In this document: one piece after another, positions 26,877 to 34,505 of the stretch
How positions within the stretch are numbered: the first letter of the stretch is position 1
How the letters are laid out: each line of letters starts with the position of its first letter
DNA from: Clostridia bacterium
Lineage (GTDB): Bacteria > Bacillota > Clostridia > Oscillospirales > CAG-272
Length of the DNA stretch: 34,505 nucleotides
Direction: 5' to 3'
Assembly (NCBI GenBank): GCA_017411785.1
Contig: JAFQPL010000082.1
Coordinates: 1-34,505, forward strand
Position numbers and translations under genes: made by a program
Notes under the pieces: generated by a model
Told to the model about the DNA's origin: nothing
Seen by the model: only the letters and a program-made list of their open reading frames with translations
The model's database searches: none

Positions 26877-27656
26877 TTACTCTTGATTTATAAACTGTTT
26901 ATAAACCACTTTATTTAAAATCAACCCTTGCGGCGGCGCAGTACTGCCCGCCAAACGTCTATCCTTTGCGGAAATTATTTTTTCAATATCCGAAGGCTCA
27001 AGCTTTCCGTACGCAACGTCAACAAGCGTGCCTGTAAATATCCGCACCATATTGTAAAGAAACCCATCTGCGCTAACCTTAAAAATTATAAGATTGCCTT
27101 GCTTGAAAACATCGGCGTCCTTTACTGTTCTGACAGAATCCTTTATTTTGGAATCAGATGCCATAAAAGAAGCAAAATCCTTTGTTCCCACAAAAGCTTT
27201 CGCGGCAAGCCTCATTTTTTCTATAGCGCAATCATCGATTTTTTTTGGACAATGCCAGCTCCTATCGTTAAGGAATGGATTTCTAACAGGACCGTTCCAT
27301 ATCTGATAGATATATTCTTTATATTCAACATCATATCTTGGGTGAAAGCTATCCTCAACCCAATCAGCAGAAAGCACCGATATATCCTCAGGCAATCTTA
27401 CCGAAAGAGCCTGCGGTATCTTTTCAATCGGAACAAAGGTATCAAGAAAGCTCTCCCCGCGTTTTGTGACAGCTGCAAAAAACTCATTTGCGTGAACTCC
27501 GCTATCGGTACGGCTGCATCCTACTATATCGCAATCGTATCCAAAAAGGTCCTTTGTTGCCTCATTGAGCTTCTGTTGAACGGTAATTCCGTTTGGCTGA
27601 ACCTGATATCCGCAATAAGCGCTCCCCAAAAAAGCCACCTTAATTAAAATCTTCAC
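26877..27656 (-). CDS. truA: tRNA pseudouridine(38-40) synthase
   Basis: SRTDSGVHA, GFLYNMVR, TAPPQGL. Start trimmed to GTG 27656 (SD GAGGTG). Confidence 0.96.
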   Translation of the reverse strand: MKILIKVAFLGSAYCGYQVQPNGITVQQKLNEATKDLFGYDCDIVGCSRTDSGVHANEFFAAVTKRGESFLDTFVPIEKIPQALSVRLPEDISVLSADWVEDSFHPRYDVEYKEYIYQIWNGPVRNPFLNDRSWHCPKKIDDCAIEKMRLAAKAFVGTKDFASFMASDSKIKDSVRTVKDADVFKQGNLIIFKVSADGFLYNMVRIFTGTLVDVAYGKLEPSDIEKIISAKDRRLAGSTAPPQGLILNKVVYKQFINQE

Positions 27657-27666
27657 ATTGCACCTC

Positions 27667-28485
27667 TTACGCAGTATATCCAATGCCTAATATATTAAGC
27701 GTTATCAAGCCTGCGCCAAAAGCAATTATAACGATAAGCGGAATGAAGTCAACAAATCTCAGGTGGCGAACGTTCATTCTCGTTCTACCCTCGCCGCCAT
27801 TATAGCAACGGCACTCCATGGCGGTCGCTAAATCCCCCGCTCTGTTAAATGCCGAGACGAACAACGGAATAAGCACAGGAATCAACGCCTTCGCGCGTTG
27901 AATAAGACCTCCGCTTGAAAAATCCGCGCCTCTCGCCTTTTGCGCCGTCATTATTCTTTCGCACTCCTCGGACAAGGTTGGTATAAAGCGCAACGCTATC
28001 GTCATCATCATTGCGAAAGAATGCACAGGCACGTGAAGCTTTTTCAACGGTGAAAGAAGATCCTCTATTGCATTTGTAAGAGCTATCGGAGTAGTCGTAT
28101 AGGTAAGGAGCATTCCCGTTCCTATAATAAGAACAGATATCCTTATCATAATAAAGAGAGCCGCATAAAGTCCCTCCGCGTATATAGATATAAATTTCCA
28201 CTGCCAGAGAAGCGAATCCCCTGTCGTCCAAAAAATATTAAGAACAGCGGTAAACAAAAGTATAAACAATACGCCCTTAAGACCCTTTAAAATTATTCTG
28301 ACAGGGACTCTGCCTATTATCACAAGAATAATTGCCGAGAAAAGCAAAAGCGCATAGCTGATTATGTTTTTACACATAAACGAGCAAATTATATAAAGTA
28401 ACGTCAGTATTATCTTTATTCTCGGATCGAGTCTGTGCAAGAGCGACCGAGCGGGATAATACTGTCCAAAGGAAATACCACTCAT
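27667..28485 (-). CDS. ecfT: ECF transporter transmembrane component T
   Basis: LHRLDPR, IALRFIP, AQKARG, AMECR. Confidence 0.95.
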   Translation of the reverse strand: MSGISFGQYYPARSLLHRLDPRIKIILTLLYIICSFMCKNIISYALLLFSAIILVIIGRVPVRIILKGLKGVLFILLFTAVLNIFWTTGDSLLWQWKFISIYAEGLYAALFIMIRISVLIIGTGMLLTYTTTPIALTNAIEDLLSPLKKLHVPVHSFAMMMTIALRFIPTLSEECERIMTAQKARGADFSSGGLIQRAKALIPVLIPLFVSAFNRAGDLATAMECRCYNGGEGRTRMNVRHLRFVDFIPLIVIIAFGAGLITLNILGIGYTA

Positions 28486-28507
28486 TTTTATTTTTTCCTG
28501 TACCCTT

Positions 28508-29359
28508 TTAATTATGATATAACTTCTTTATCTGCTCAAGAGCCTCATCAACCGTAAGCGCGCCGCAATCAACGTCAAAGCCTCTTGACTTAAGCGCGAG
28601 TAACAGCTTTGTTGCCTGCGGAACGTCAAGTCCAACGCTCTCAAGAATCTCTGCATGAGAAAATACCTCTCTGCATTCACCGCAAAGCAAAATCTTGCCC
28701 TCTGACATAACAACGAGATCATCACAATATTTTGCCATATCCTCCATACTGTGACTTACTATAACAACGGTTCTTCCGCTCTTTTTCTGGTAATCCACTA
28801 TATTCTGAAATATCGCGGTCCTCCCTCGCGGATCAAGCCCGGCCGCAGGCTCATCAAGCACAAGAATATCAGGCCGCATCGCAATTATACCCGCTATCGC
28901 AACACGTCGCTTCTGACCTCCCGAAAGATCAAACGGCGATTTATCAAAAAGCTCCTCCGAAAGATCGGAAAACTCAGCCGCCTCTTTTACACAAGCATCT
29001 ATCTCATCATCCTTCAGTCCCATATTTTTAGGTCCGAAGGCTATATCCTTATAAACAGTTTCCTCAAAAAGCTGATATTCGGGATACTGCATAACAAGCC
29101 CTACCTTAAAGCGCACCTTGCGTATATCCTTAGGCTTCTTCCATATATCCTCACCGGCAAGCAAAACCCTTCCCGAATGAGGCTTCAATATTCCGTTAAA
29201 CATCTGCACGAGAGTTGATTTTCCCGAGCCGGTATGACCTATGATCCCGGTTATTTTTCCCTCTCTTATATGCAAAGCTATTTCATCAAGAGCCTTTATC
29301 TCATAAGGCGTACCCTTGGCATGAAAATAACTTAAATCCTCTATTCTTACATCTGACAT
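28508..29359 (-). CDS. ecfA2: ECF transporter ATPase A2
   Basis: GTPYE..AL, GHTGSGKS, QYPEYQLFEETV, SPFDLSGGQ. Confidence 0.94.
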   Translation of the reverse strand: MSDVRIEDLSYFHAKGTPYEIKALDEIALHIREGKITGIIGHTGSGKSTLVQMFNGILKPHSGRVLLAGEDIWKKPKDIRKVRFKVGLVMQYPEYQLFEETVYKDIAFGPKNMGLKDDEIDACVKEAAEFSDLSEELFDKSPFDLSGGQKRRVAIAGIIAMRPDILVLDEPAAGLDPRGRTAIFQNIVDYQKKSGRTVVIVSHSMEDMAKYCDDLVVMSEGKILLCGECREVFSHAEILESVGLDVPQATKLLLALKSRGFDVDCGALTVDEALEQIKKLYHN

Positions 29360-29388
29360 TTTTCCGTCCCTACACGAATCAATTTAAA

Positions 29389-30252
29389 TTATATTATCTT
29401 TATCGAATTTGCTATAAGCTCTACGCAATCATCTAAATCCACGCAATCGCCGTCAAGAACGATACCCGAATCTCTCAAGCGATGAACAAGCTCTGTACAT
29501 TGCGGTATAGCAAGTCCCGCGTCAAGAAGCATCCGCTCTTTCTCAAAAACCTCGCTTGGAGTTCCGTCAATAAGCATTTTTCCGTCATTGAGCACAACTA
29601 TTCTGTCTGCCAGCGCCGCCTCATCCATATAATGTGTTATCATTATAACCGTAACCTGCTTTTCACGGTTAAGCTTTAATATTGAATCAAGAACCTCTTT
29701 TCTGCCAAGCGGATCAAGCATTGCCGTTGATTCATCAAATATAACACATTCAGGACGCATAGCCATAACGCCCGCAATCGCGACTCTTTGCTTTTGTCCG
29801 CCCGAAAGCCTATGCGGCTCATGCTTTGCGTATTCAAGCATTCCGAAATCGGAGAGCGCCTCGTCTACACGTCTGCGTATCTCATCTGACGGTATCCCGA
29901 GATTTTCCAAGCCAAAGGCAACGTCATCCTCAACTATCGTAGCGACAAGCTGATTATCGGGATTTTGAAATACCATACCGACAGTTCTTCTCAACGAAAG
30001 AACATCATCATCACTCAACGCCTCAGAGGTTATATCCTTCCCGTCAATAATTATTTTTCCCTTTGTGGGAGTAAGAATCATATTCAAAAGCTTTGCCAAC
30101 GTAGATTTTCCCGAACCGTTATGTCCAAGCACCGCAACAAACTCACCCTTTGTTATCTCAAGAGAAAGCCCCTCAAGCGCGGGAGAGTTATCTACAGAAT
30201 CATCCTCGTAAAGATAGGATAGGTTTTCTATTTTTATAAACGGTTCGCTCAT
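29389..30252 (-). CDS. ecfA1: ECF transporter ATPase A1
   Basis: GHNGSGKS, FQNPDNQ, LSGGQKQR, DESTAMLDP. Confidence 0.94.
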   Translation of the reverse strand: MSEPFIKIENLSYLYEDDSVDNSPALEGLSLEITKGEFVAVLGHNGSGKSTLAKLLNMILTPTKGKIIIDGKDITSEALSDDDVLSLRRTVGMVFQNPDNQLVATIVEDDVAFGLENLGIPSDEIRRRVDEALSDFGMLEYAKHEPHRLSGGQKQRVAIAGVMAMRPECVIFDESTAMLDPLGRKEVLDSILKLNREKQVTVIMITHYMDEAALADRIVVLNDGKMLIDGTPSEVFEKERMLLDAGLAIPQCTELVHRLRDSGIVLDGDCVDLDDCVELIANSIKII

Positions 30253-30292
30253 ATCCGAAGATCTCCAAATCTAAATCAAAACTTTTAAAAAT

Positions 30293-31162
30293 TTATTTTG
30301 CCTGCCATCTCGCGCTTGCGCCGCAAGGAATAGCAAGCGACGTGCTTGACGCTCTGAGTCCAAGCTCACCCGCCTCAAGCCGTCCTCCATACCTTGAGGA
30401 AACCTTAAGACCGAGTATATATTGCATTGCCGCGGGAGAAAGTCCCGTGGTATAAGAATTAACAAGGAAAAACAAGGGCTCGTCGGAAAGCAATGATGCC
30501 GTAAGCGTAATAAGCTCATCTACGCTTTCTTCTATTTTCCATACCTCGCCCGAAGGACCTCGTCCGTACGATGGCGGGTCCATTATCACCGCGTCGTATT
30601 TATTTCCTCTGCGTATCTCTCGCTCAACGAACTTCTTGCAGTCGTCAACGATATATCTTATAGGCGCGTCGGCAAGCCCCGAAAGCGCCGCATTTTCCTT
30701 TGCCTGCGCAACCATTCCCTTTGCCGCGTCAACGTGTACAACCGAAGCTCCTGCCTTTGCGGCGGCAACGGTTGCGCCTCCCGTATAAGCAAAAAGATTC
30801 AAAACCCTTATAGGTCTTCCCGCTTTTTTTATAAGCTCGGAAAACCATTCCCAATTAGCAGCCTGCTCGGGAAAAAGCCCCGTATGCTTAAATCCCATCG
30901 GCTTAAGTGTAAATTTCAAGCCAAGCGAGGAATAATCTATAGTCCAAGCTTGAGGAAGATTATTTTTTGACCATCCTCCGCCGCCCGAGTGAGATCTTTT
31001 ATAAACCGCATCGGCGTTGTTCCAAAGTCTGTGAGATGCCGACTTTTTCCATATTATCTTAGGATCGGGGCGGCGCAGTATATATCTTCCCCAACGTTCA
31101 AGACGCTCGCCGTCGCTTGCATCCAAAAGCTCATAATCCGTCCATTTATCTGCTATCCACAT
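30293..31162 (-). CDS. class I SAM-dependent methyltransferase (RlmI/RlmK-like)
   Basis: HTGLFPEQ, VLNLFAYTGG, MDPPSYG. Start trimmed to ATG 31162 (SD AGGAG). Confidence 0.9.
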   Translation of the reverse strand: MWIADKWTDYELLDASDGERLERWGRYILRRPDPKIIWKKSASHRLWNNADAVYKRSHSGGGGWSKNNLPQAWTIDYSSLGLKFTLKPMGFKHTGLFPEQAANWEWFSELIKKAGRPIRVLNLFAYTGGATVAAAKAGASVVHVDAAKGMVAQAKENAALSGLADAPIRYIVDDCKKFVEREIRRGNKYDAVIMDPPSYGRGPSGEVWKIEESVDELITLTASLLSDEPLFFLVNSYTTGLSPAAMQYILGLKVSSRYGGRLEAGELGLRASSTSLAIPCGASARWQAK

Positions 31163-31178
31163 AAAAGCTCCTGAAAAA

Positions 31179-31676
31179 TTATTTATTGTAATACTCGGCA
31201 AGCCTTGAACCGCCGCAGTGCGCGTGACAAACCGCGATCGCAAGCGCGTCGGCGGTATCGTCGGGCTTTGGCGGAGCATCAAGATTAAGCAATCTCGTCA
31301 CCATAGAGATCACCTGCTTTTTTTCGGCTCTTCCGTAGCCGACTACCGCCTGCTTAACCTGAAGCGGAGTATACTCCGCAAGCTTGACTCCCAAGCTATG
31401 AGCTCGCATAATGATAACGCCTCTCGCCTCGGCAACCCGAATTCCCGTAGTTATATTAGTATTAAAGAACAGCTCCTCTACCGCCATTACGTCGGGATGA
31501 TATGTATTTATAAGCTCCGCTATCCCCTCGTTTATCCGAAGAAGTCTTTCCTCGGTTGGCGTATGCGCGGGAGTTTCAACAGAGCCATATCCAAGCACCT
31601 TAAATCTTGAGCCGCTATATTCAATCACCCCCCATCCGACTATAGCAAGTCCGGGGTCAATGCCAAGAATTATCAT
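31179..31676 (-). CDS. ruvC: Holliday junction resolvase RuvC
   Basis: ILGIDPG, AVEELFF, GYGRAEKKQV, PDDTADALA. Start ATG 31676 (SD AAGGAG). Confidence 0.96.
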   Translation of the reverse strand: MIILGIDPGLAIVGWGVIEYSGSRFKVLGYGSVETPAHTPTEERLLRINEGIAELINTYHPDVMAVEELFFNTNITTGIRVAEARGVIIMRAHSLGVKLAEYTPLQVKQAVVGYGRAEKKQVISMVTRLLNLDAPPKPDDTADALAIAVCHAHCGGSRLAEYYNK

Positions 31677-31707
31677 AGCTTCTCCTTTATACAAAAATCC
31701 AACTTAT

Positions 31708-31736
31708 ATTATATCACACGAAAGCCTTTCTGTCAA
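31708..31736 (-). promoter_or_regulatory. consensus sigmaA promoter of the ruvC operon
   Basis: Minus strand TTGACA, 17 bp, TG-a-TATAAT. Confidence 0.85.
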
Positions 31737-31799
31737 ATGAATTTTTATATATAAATTGTAAATATAAATATATATATTTTGTAAAATTTAACTTTGTTA

Positions 31800-31828
31800 T
31801 TTACAAACCCGATATAATATGTTAAAAT
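31800..31828 (+). promoter_or_regulatory. probable divergent sigmaA promoter
   Basis: TTTACA (31800-31805), 17 bp, TG-t-TAAAAT (31820-31828). Confidence 0.55.
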
Positions 31829-31865
31829 ATATTAACTGACATTTTTCTTAAGGAGGATTCCCTGC

Positions 31866-32072
31866 ATGGAAATAAAAAAATATTGCGTGGGTGACGTAAT
31901 AGAATTGAAAAAGCCCCACCCCTGCGGCAATCCTCTTTTTAAGATAGCGCGAGTCGGAAGCATTATGCGTATAATTTGCACAGAATGCTCACGCGATTTG
32001 GAAATAGATCGCTTAAAGCTTGAAAAAGCAACAAAAAAATTTATTTTTAGCGAGGAGATAGATAAAAAATGA
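31866..32072 (+). CDS. DUF951 family small protein
   Basis: VGDVIELKKPHPCG...R.G...RI.C..C; SD AAGGAGG. Confidence 0.9.
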   Translation: MEIKKYCVGDVIELKKPHPCGNPLFKIARVGSIMRIICTECSRDLEIDRLKLEKATKKFIFSEEIDKK

Positions 32073-34505
32073 GCTTCCTCAAAAGTTCAAAATCGATGAT
32101 GCAGATGGAAGATATCCCAACTAAAAAGCCATTTCATCCAAAGCTGTTTTTAAAAAACGCACAGCGCAGGCTTCAGACCTCGCCTTATCTTTATCTTGTC
32201 TTCTGCTTTTTTATTCCCGTGATAATTATGTACGGAATATACGTAATAAAAGGAATCTACCCCATTTTTTCCGACGGTTCTCCGTTAGTACTTGACCTTA
32301 ACCATCAATACGTTTCCTTTTTTGAAGCGCTGCGTGATTTCGCGCTTGGCGAGCGAAGCATTCTTTACTCATTCTCACGTTCTCTTGGCGGCGAATTTAT
32401 GGGAATGGTTGCGTACTACATGGCAAGCCCTCTTACCTATATTACCGTCCTTTTTCCAAAAGAAAGGATTCAAGAAGCCGTTCTCACTATACTGCTGTTA
32501 AAATGCGGTCTTTCGGGTCTTTCGTTTGGATTCTATCTTCACAAAAAATCAAGAAATCCGAAAAAACTTACTATCTTAGCCTTTTCATTGCTTTACGCGC
32601 TTTCGGCTTATTCGGTGGTTCAGCAGCAAAACACCATGTGGATAGAGGCTCTCATTTGGCTTCCTCTGCTTGCTTACGGTATTGAAAATCTTGTCTACCG
32701 CAAAAAGTACAAGCTTTACGTAGCAGCGCTTTCGGTAATAATGATATGCAACTATTACATCGGATTTATGATCTGCATCTTCTCCGTGCTTTATTTCTTC
32801 TTCTGTTATTTTTCAAAAAGCAAGGAAGAGATCAACCCTTATAAAGAGAAGCTGCACTTTTTACGCGCAGGCGCAAGATTTGCAATATTCTCATTAATTT
32901 CCGCCGCAATAAGCGCGTTTATGCTTATTGCCGCATTCTATTCTCTCCAATTCGGAAAAACAGATTTTTCATCTCCGAGCTGGGATATACAAATGAACTT
33001 TGGGATCGTGGATTTCCTTACAAAGTTCCTTCCGGGCGCGTATGATACACTCTCAATTCCAGGCCTTCCATTCGTATATTGCGGAATTCTTACACTCTTT
33101 TTAGTTCCCATATATTTTCTCTCAAAAAAGATTTCCTCGCGGGAAAAAATAGCATCTCTTGCGCTTTTAAGCGTTCTTATCCTATCACTCTTTATAAGAC
33201 CGCTTGATCTTATTTGGCACGGCTTTTCAATGCCAAACTGGATAAACGCAAGATATAGCTTTATTCTCTGCTTTGTGCTTTTGGTTCTTGCTTACAAGGC
33301 TTTGGGAAATCTGAAAAGCGCAAACGAAAAAGTAATTCTCTGCATTGCCGCATTTATAATTTTCTTCGCGGCAGTGGCGGAAAAATTTGAGCTTGAATCT
33401 TATATAAATTCAGAAAAGAAGCTTTTGCTGTTAGGCTGCATTTTATTTACGATAGCCTTTGCAATTATAATCGCCGTAATTCTTTGCCTCAAGCTCAAGA
33501 AAAGCACCCAAAAATTTCACAGAGGAGTTTCTGCGGTTCTCGTTGGAGTGATCTGTCTTGAGCTTTTCTGTAACGGCGTAGTTTGCTTTTTAAAAATGCA
33601 CGAGGACGTTGGGTTCACAAATTATAAAAGATACAACGAAAATTTAGCGGATTTCAGACCCTTGATCAGTGAAATAAAGGAAAAAGATCCCTCTTTTTTC
33701 CGCATGGAAAAAACCTATGCGAGAACAAAAAATGACAATATGGCTCTGGGGATGTACGGTATCACCAACTCAACCTCAACACTCAATGCAAAGGCTATAA
33801 GCTTTGTTCACGACCTCGGATACAACGGACGCTCACACTACACGATGTACAAGGGCGGAACTGCCGTTGGAGATTCCCTGCTTGGAATCAAATACGTTAT
33901 TGATTACAAGGACTCAACTGTACACGACAAGATATACGAAAAGCTTGATATAGGCGACGGTGAAAAATATTGCGTTTATGAGAATCCAAACGCGCTTTCC
34001 TTAGCGTACGGAGTTGACAAAAAGCTCAACGATTTCAGCTTTGACGATTACGACAACTTTTTCAACCGCTATAACGGGCTCTTATCGGCAATGCTCGGAG
34101 AGGACGACGAAGATGTTTTACTCTTCCGATATTCATTTGACGACCCCAACGTAATTTCCGAGGGATGCACAAATGACAGTGGATATGTTTATTATAAATA
34201 TGCCGCTGATGACGATGCTTCGGGAACGCTGACCTTTGAATATACCGCGCCCGAAGCGGGATACTATTACTTTTACCCTCACGGAAGCGCAACTGACAAG
34301 GTAACTCTTACAAATCTGGGAGAGTTTCAAAACGAGGAAAATAACTATATTTTCAAGCTCGGATATTTTGAAGCTAATGAAACTATTCCTATAAAATTCC
34401 AACTCAAAGCAGGCGTTGAGATATCGTTGCAAAAATCCTACAACATGCTCTGGTATTTCAGCATTGAAGAATATAACGAGGTCTTTTCAAGGCTAAAGGA
34501 CAATC
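32069..34505 (+). CDS. YfhO-family (GT-C type) membrane glycosyltransferase, 3' truncated by the window
   Basis: Hand-translated open frame of about 812 codons with no stop, from ATG 32069 (ATGA overlap with the DUF951 stop, SD GAGGAG). Motifs: GIYP..DGS.LVLDLNHQY, SLGGEF, YYMASP, NYYIGFMIC, WHGFSMPNW..RYSF, LLGIKY. Confidence 0.9.
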   Translation, partial: MSFLKSSKSMMQMEDIPTKKPFHPKLFLKNAQRRLQTSPYLYLVFCFFIPVIIMYGIYVIKGIYPIFSDGSPLVLDLNHQYVSFFEALRDFALGERSILYSFSRSLGGEFMGMVAYYMASPLTYITVLFPKERIQEAVLTILLLKCGLSGLSFGFYLHKKSRNPKKLTILAFSLLYALSAYSVVQQQNTMWIEALIWLPLLAYGIENLVYRKKYKLYVAALSVIMICNYYIGFMICIFSVLYFFFCYFSKSKEEINPYKEKLHFLRAGARFAIFSLISAAISAFMLIAAFYSLQFGKTDFSSPSWDIQMNFGIVDFLTKFLPGAYDTLSIPGLPFVYCGILTLFLVPIYFLSKKISSREKIASLALLSVLILSLFIRPLDLIWHGFSMPNWINARYSFILCFVLLVLAYKALGNLKSANEKVILCIAAFIIFFAAVAEKFELESYINSEKKLLLLGCILFTIAFAIIIAVILCLKLKKSTQKFHRGVSAVLVGVICLELFCNGVVCFLKMHEDVGFTNYKRYNENLADFRPLISEIKEKDPSFFRMEKTYARTKNDNMALGMYGITNSTSTLNAKAISFVHDLGYNGRSHYTMYKGGTAVGDSLLGIKYVIDYKDSTVHDKIYEKLDIGDGEKYCVYENPNALSLAYGVDKKLNDFSFDDYDNFFNRYNGLLSAMLGEDDEDVLLFRYSFDDPNVISEGCTNDSGYVYYKYAADDDASGTLTFEYTAPEAGYYYFYPHGSATDKVTLTNLGEFQNEENNYIFKLGYFEANETIPIKFQLKAGVEISLQKSYNMLWYFSIEEYNEVFSRLKDN

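Noticed and set aside
17544-31694. N-terminal extensions in the track for nusB, rpsB, truA, the methyltransferase and ruvC
   Set aside because: Downstream start codons have SD sites and match the usual family N-termini.

Overview
Chromosomal, mostly housekeeping region of a low-GC Bacillota bacterium, most likely Clostridia, judged from gene families, SD sites and sigmaA promoters. I see no mobile element, CRISPR array, tRNA or rRNA. On the + strand at left: a CNNM/CorC-type transporter, an AI-2E permease, a small membrane protein, an SGNH lipoprotein and a DUF4358-like protein. On the - strand: rplS with its L19 leader; a long nusB-tsaD-like-xseA-xseB-ispA-PAP2-tlyA-nadK-argR-recN-argS-yebC-flippase run; rpsB-tsf; and a run of ruvC, a SAM methyltransferase, ecfA1-ecfA2-ecfT, truA, a frameshifted beta-propeller protein, a pgsA-like gene, a Zn-finger Clp ATPase and a P-type-ATPase-like gene. 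On the + strand at right: DUF951 and a YfhO-family gene that runs off the window and is missing from the ORF track. Three observations stand out. (1) An intact 929-aa P-type ATPase-like protein lacks every canonical catalytic motif and starts 1 nt after the Clp ATPase stop, so it is a candidate pseudoenzyme system. (2) An unannotated 18-aa leader ORF has its stop codon inside a terminator-like hairpin upstream of the CorC-type gene, so it is a candidate attenuator. (3) A 1-nt frameshift splits the beta-propeller gene. Family assignments come from motif recognition by eye, with no database search.
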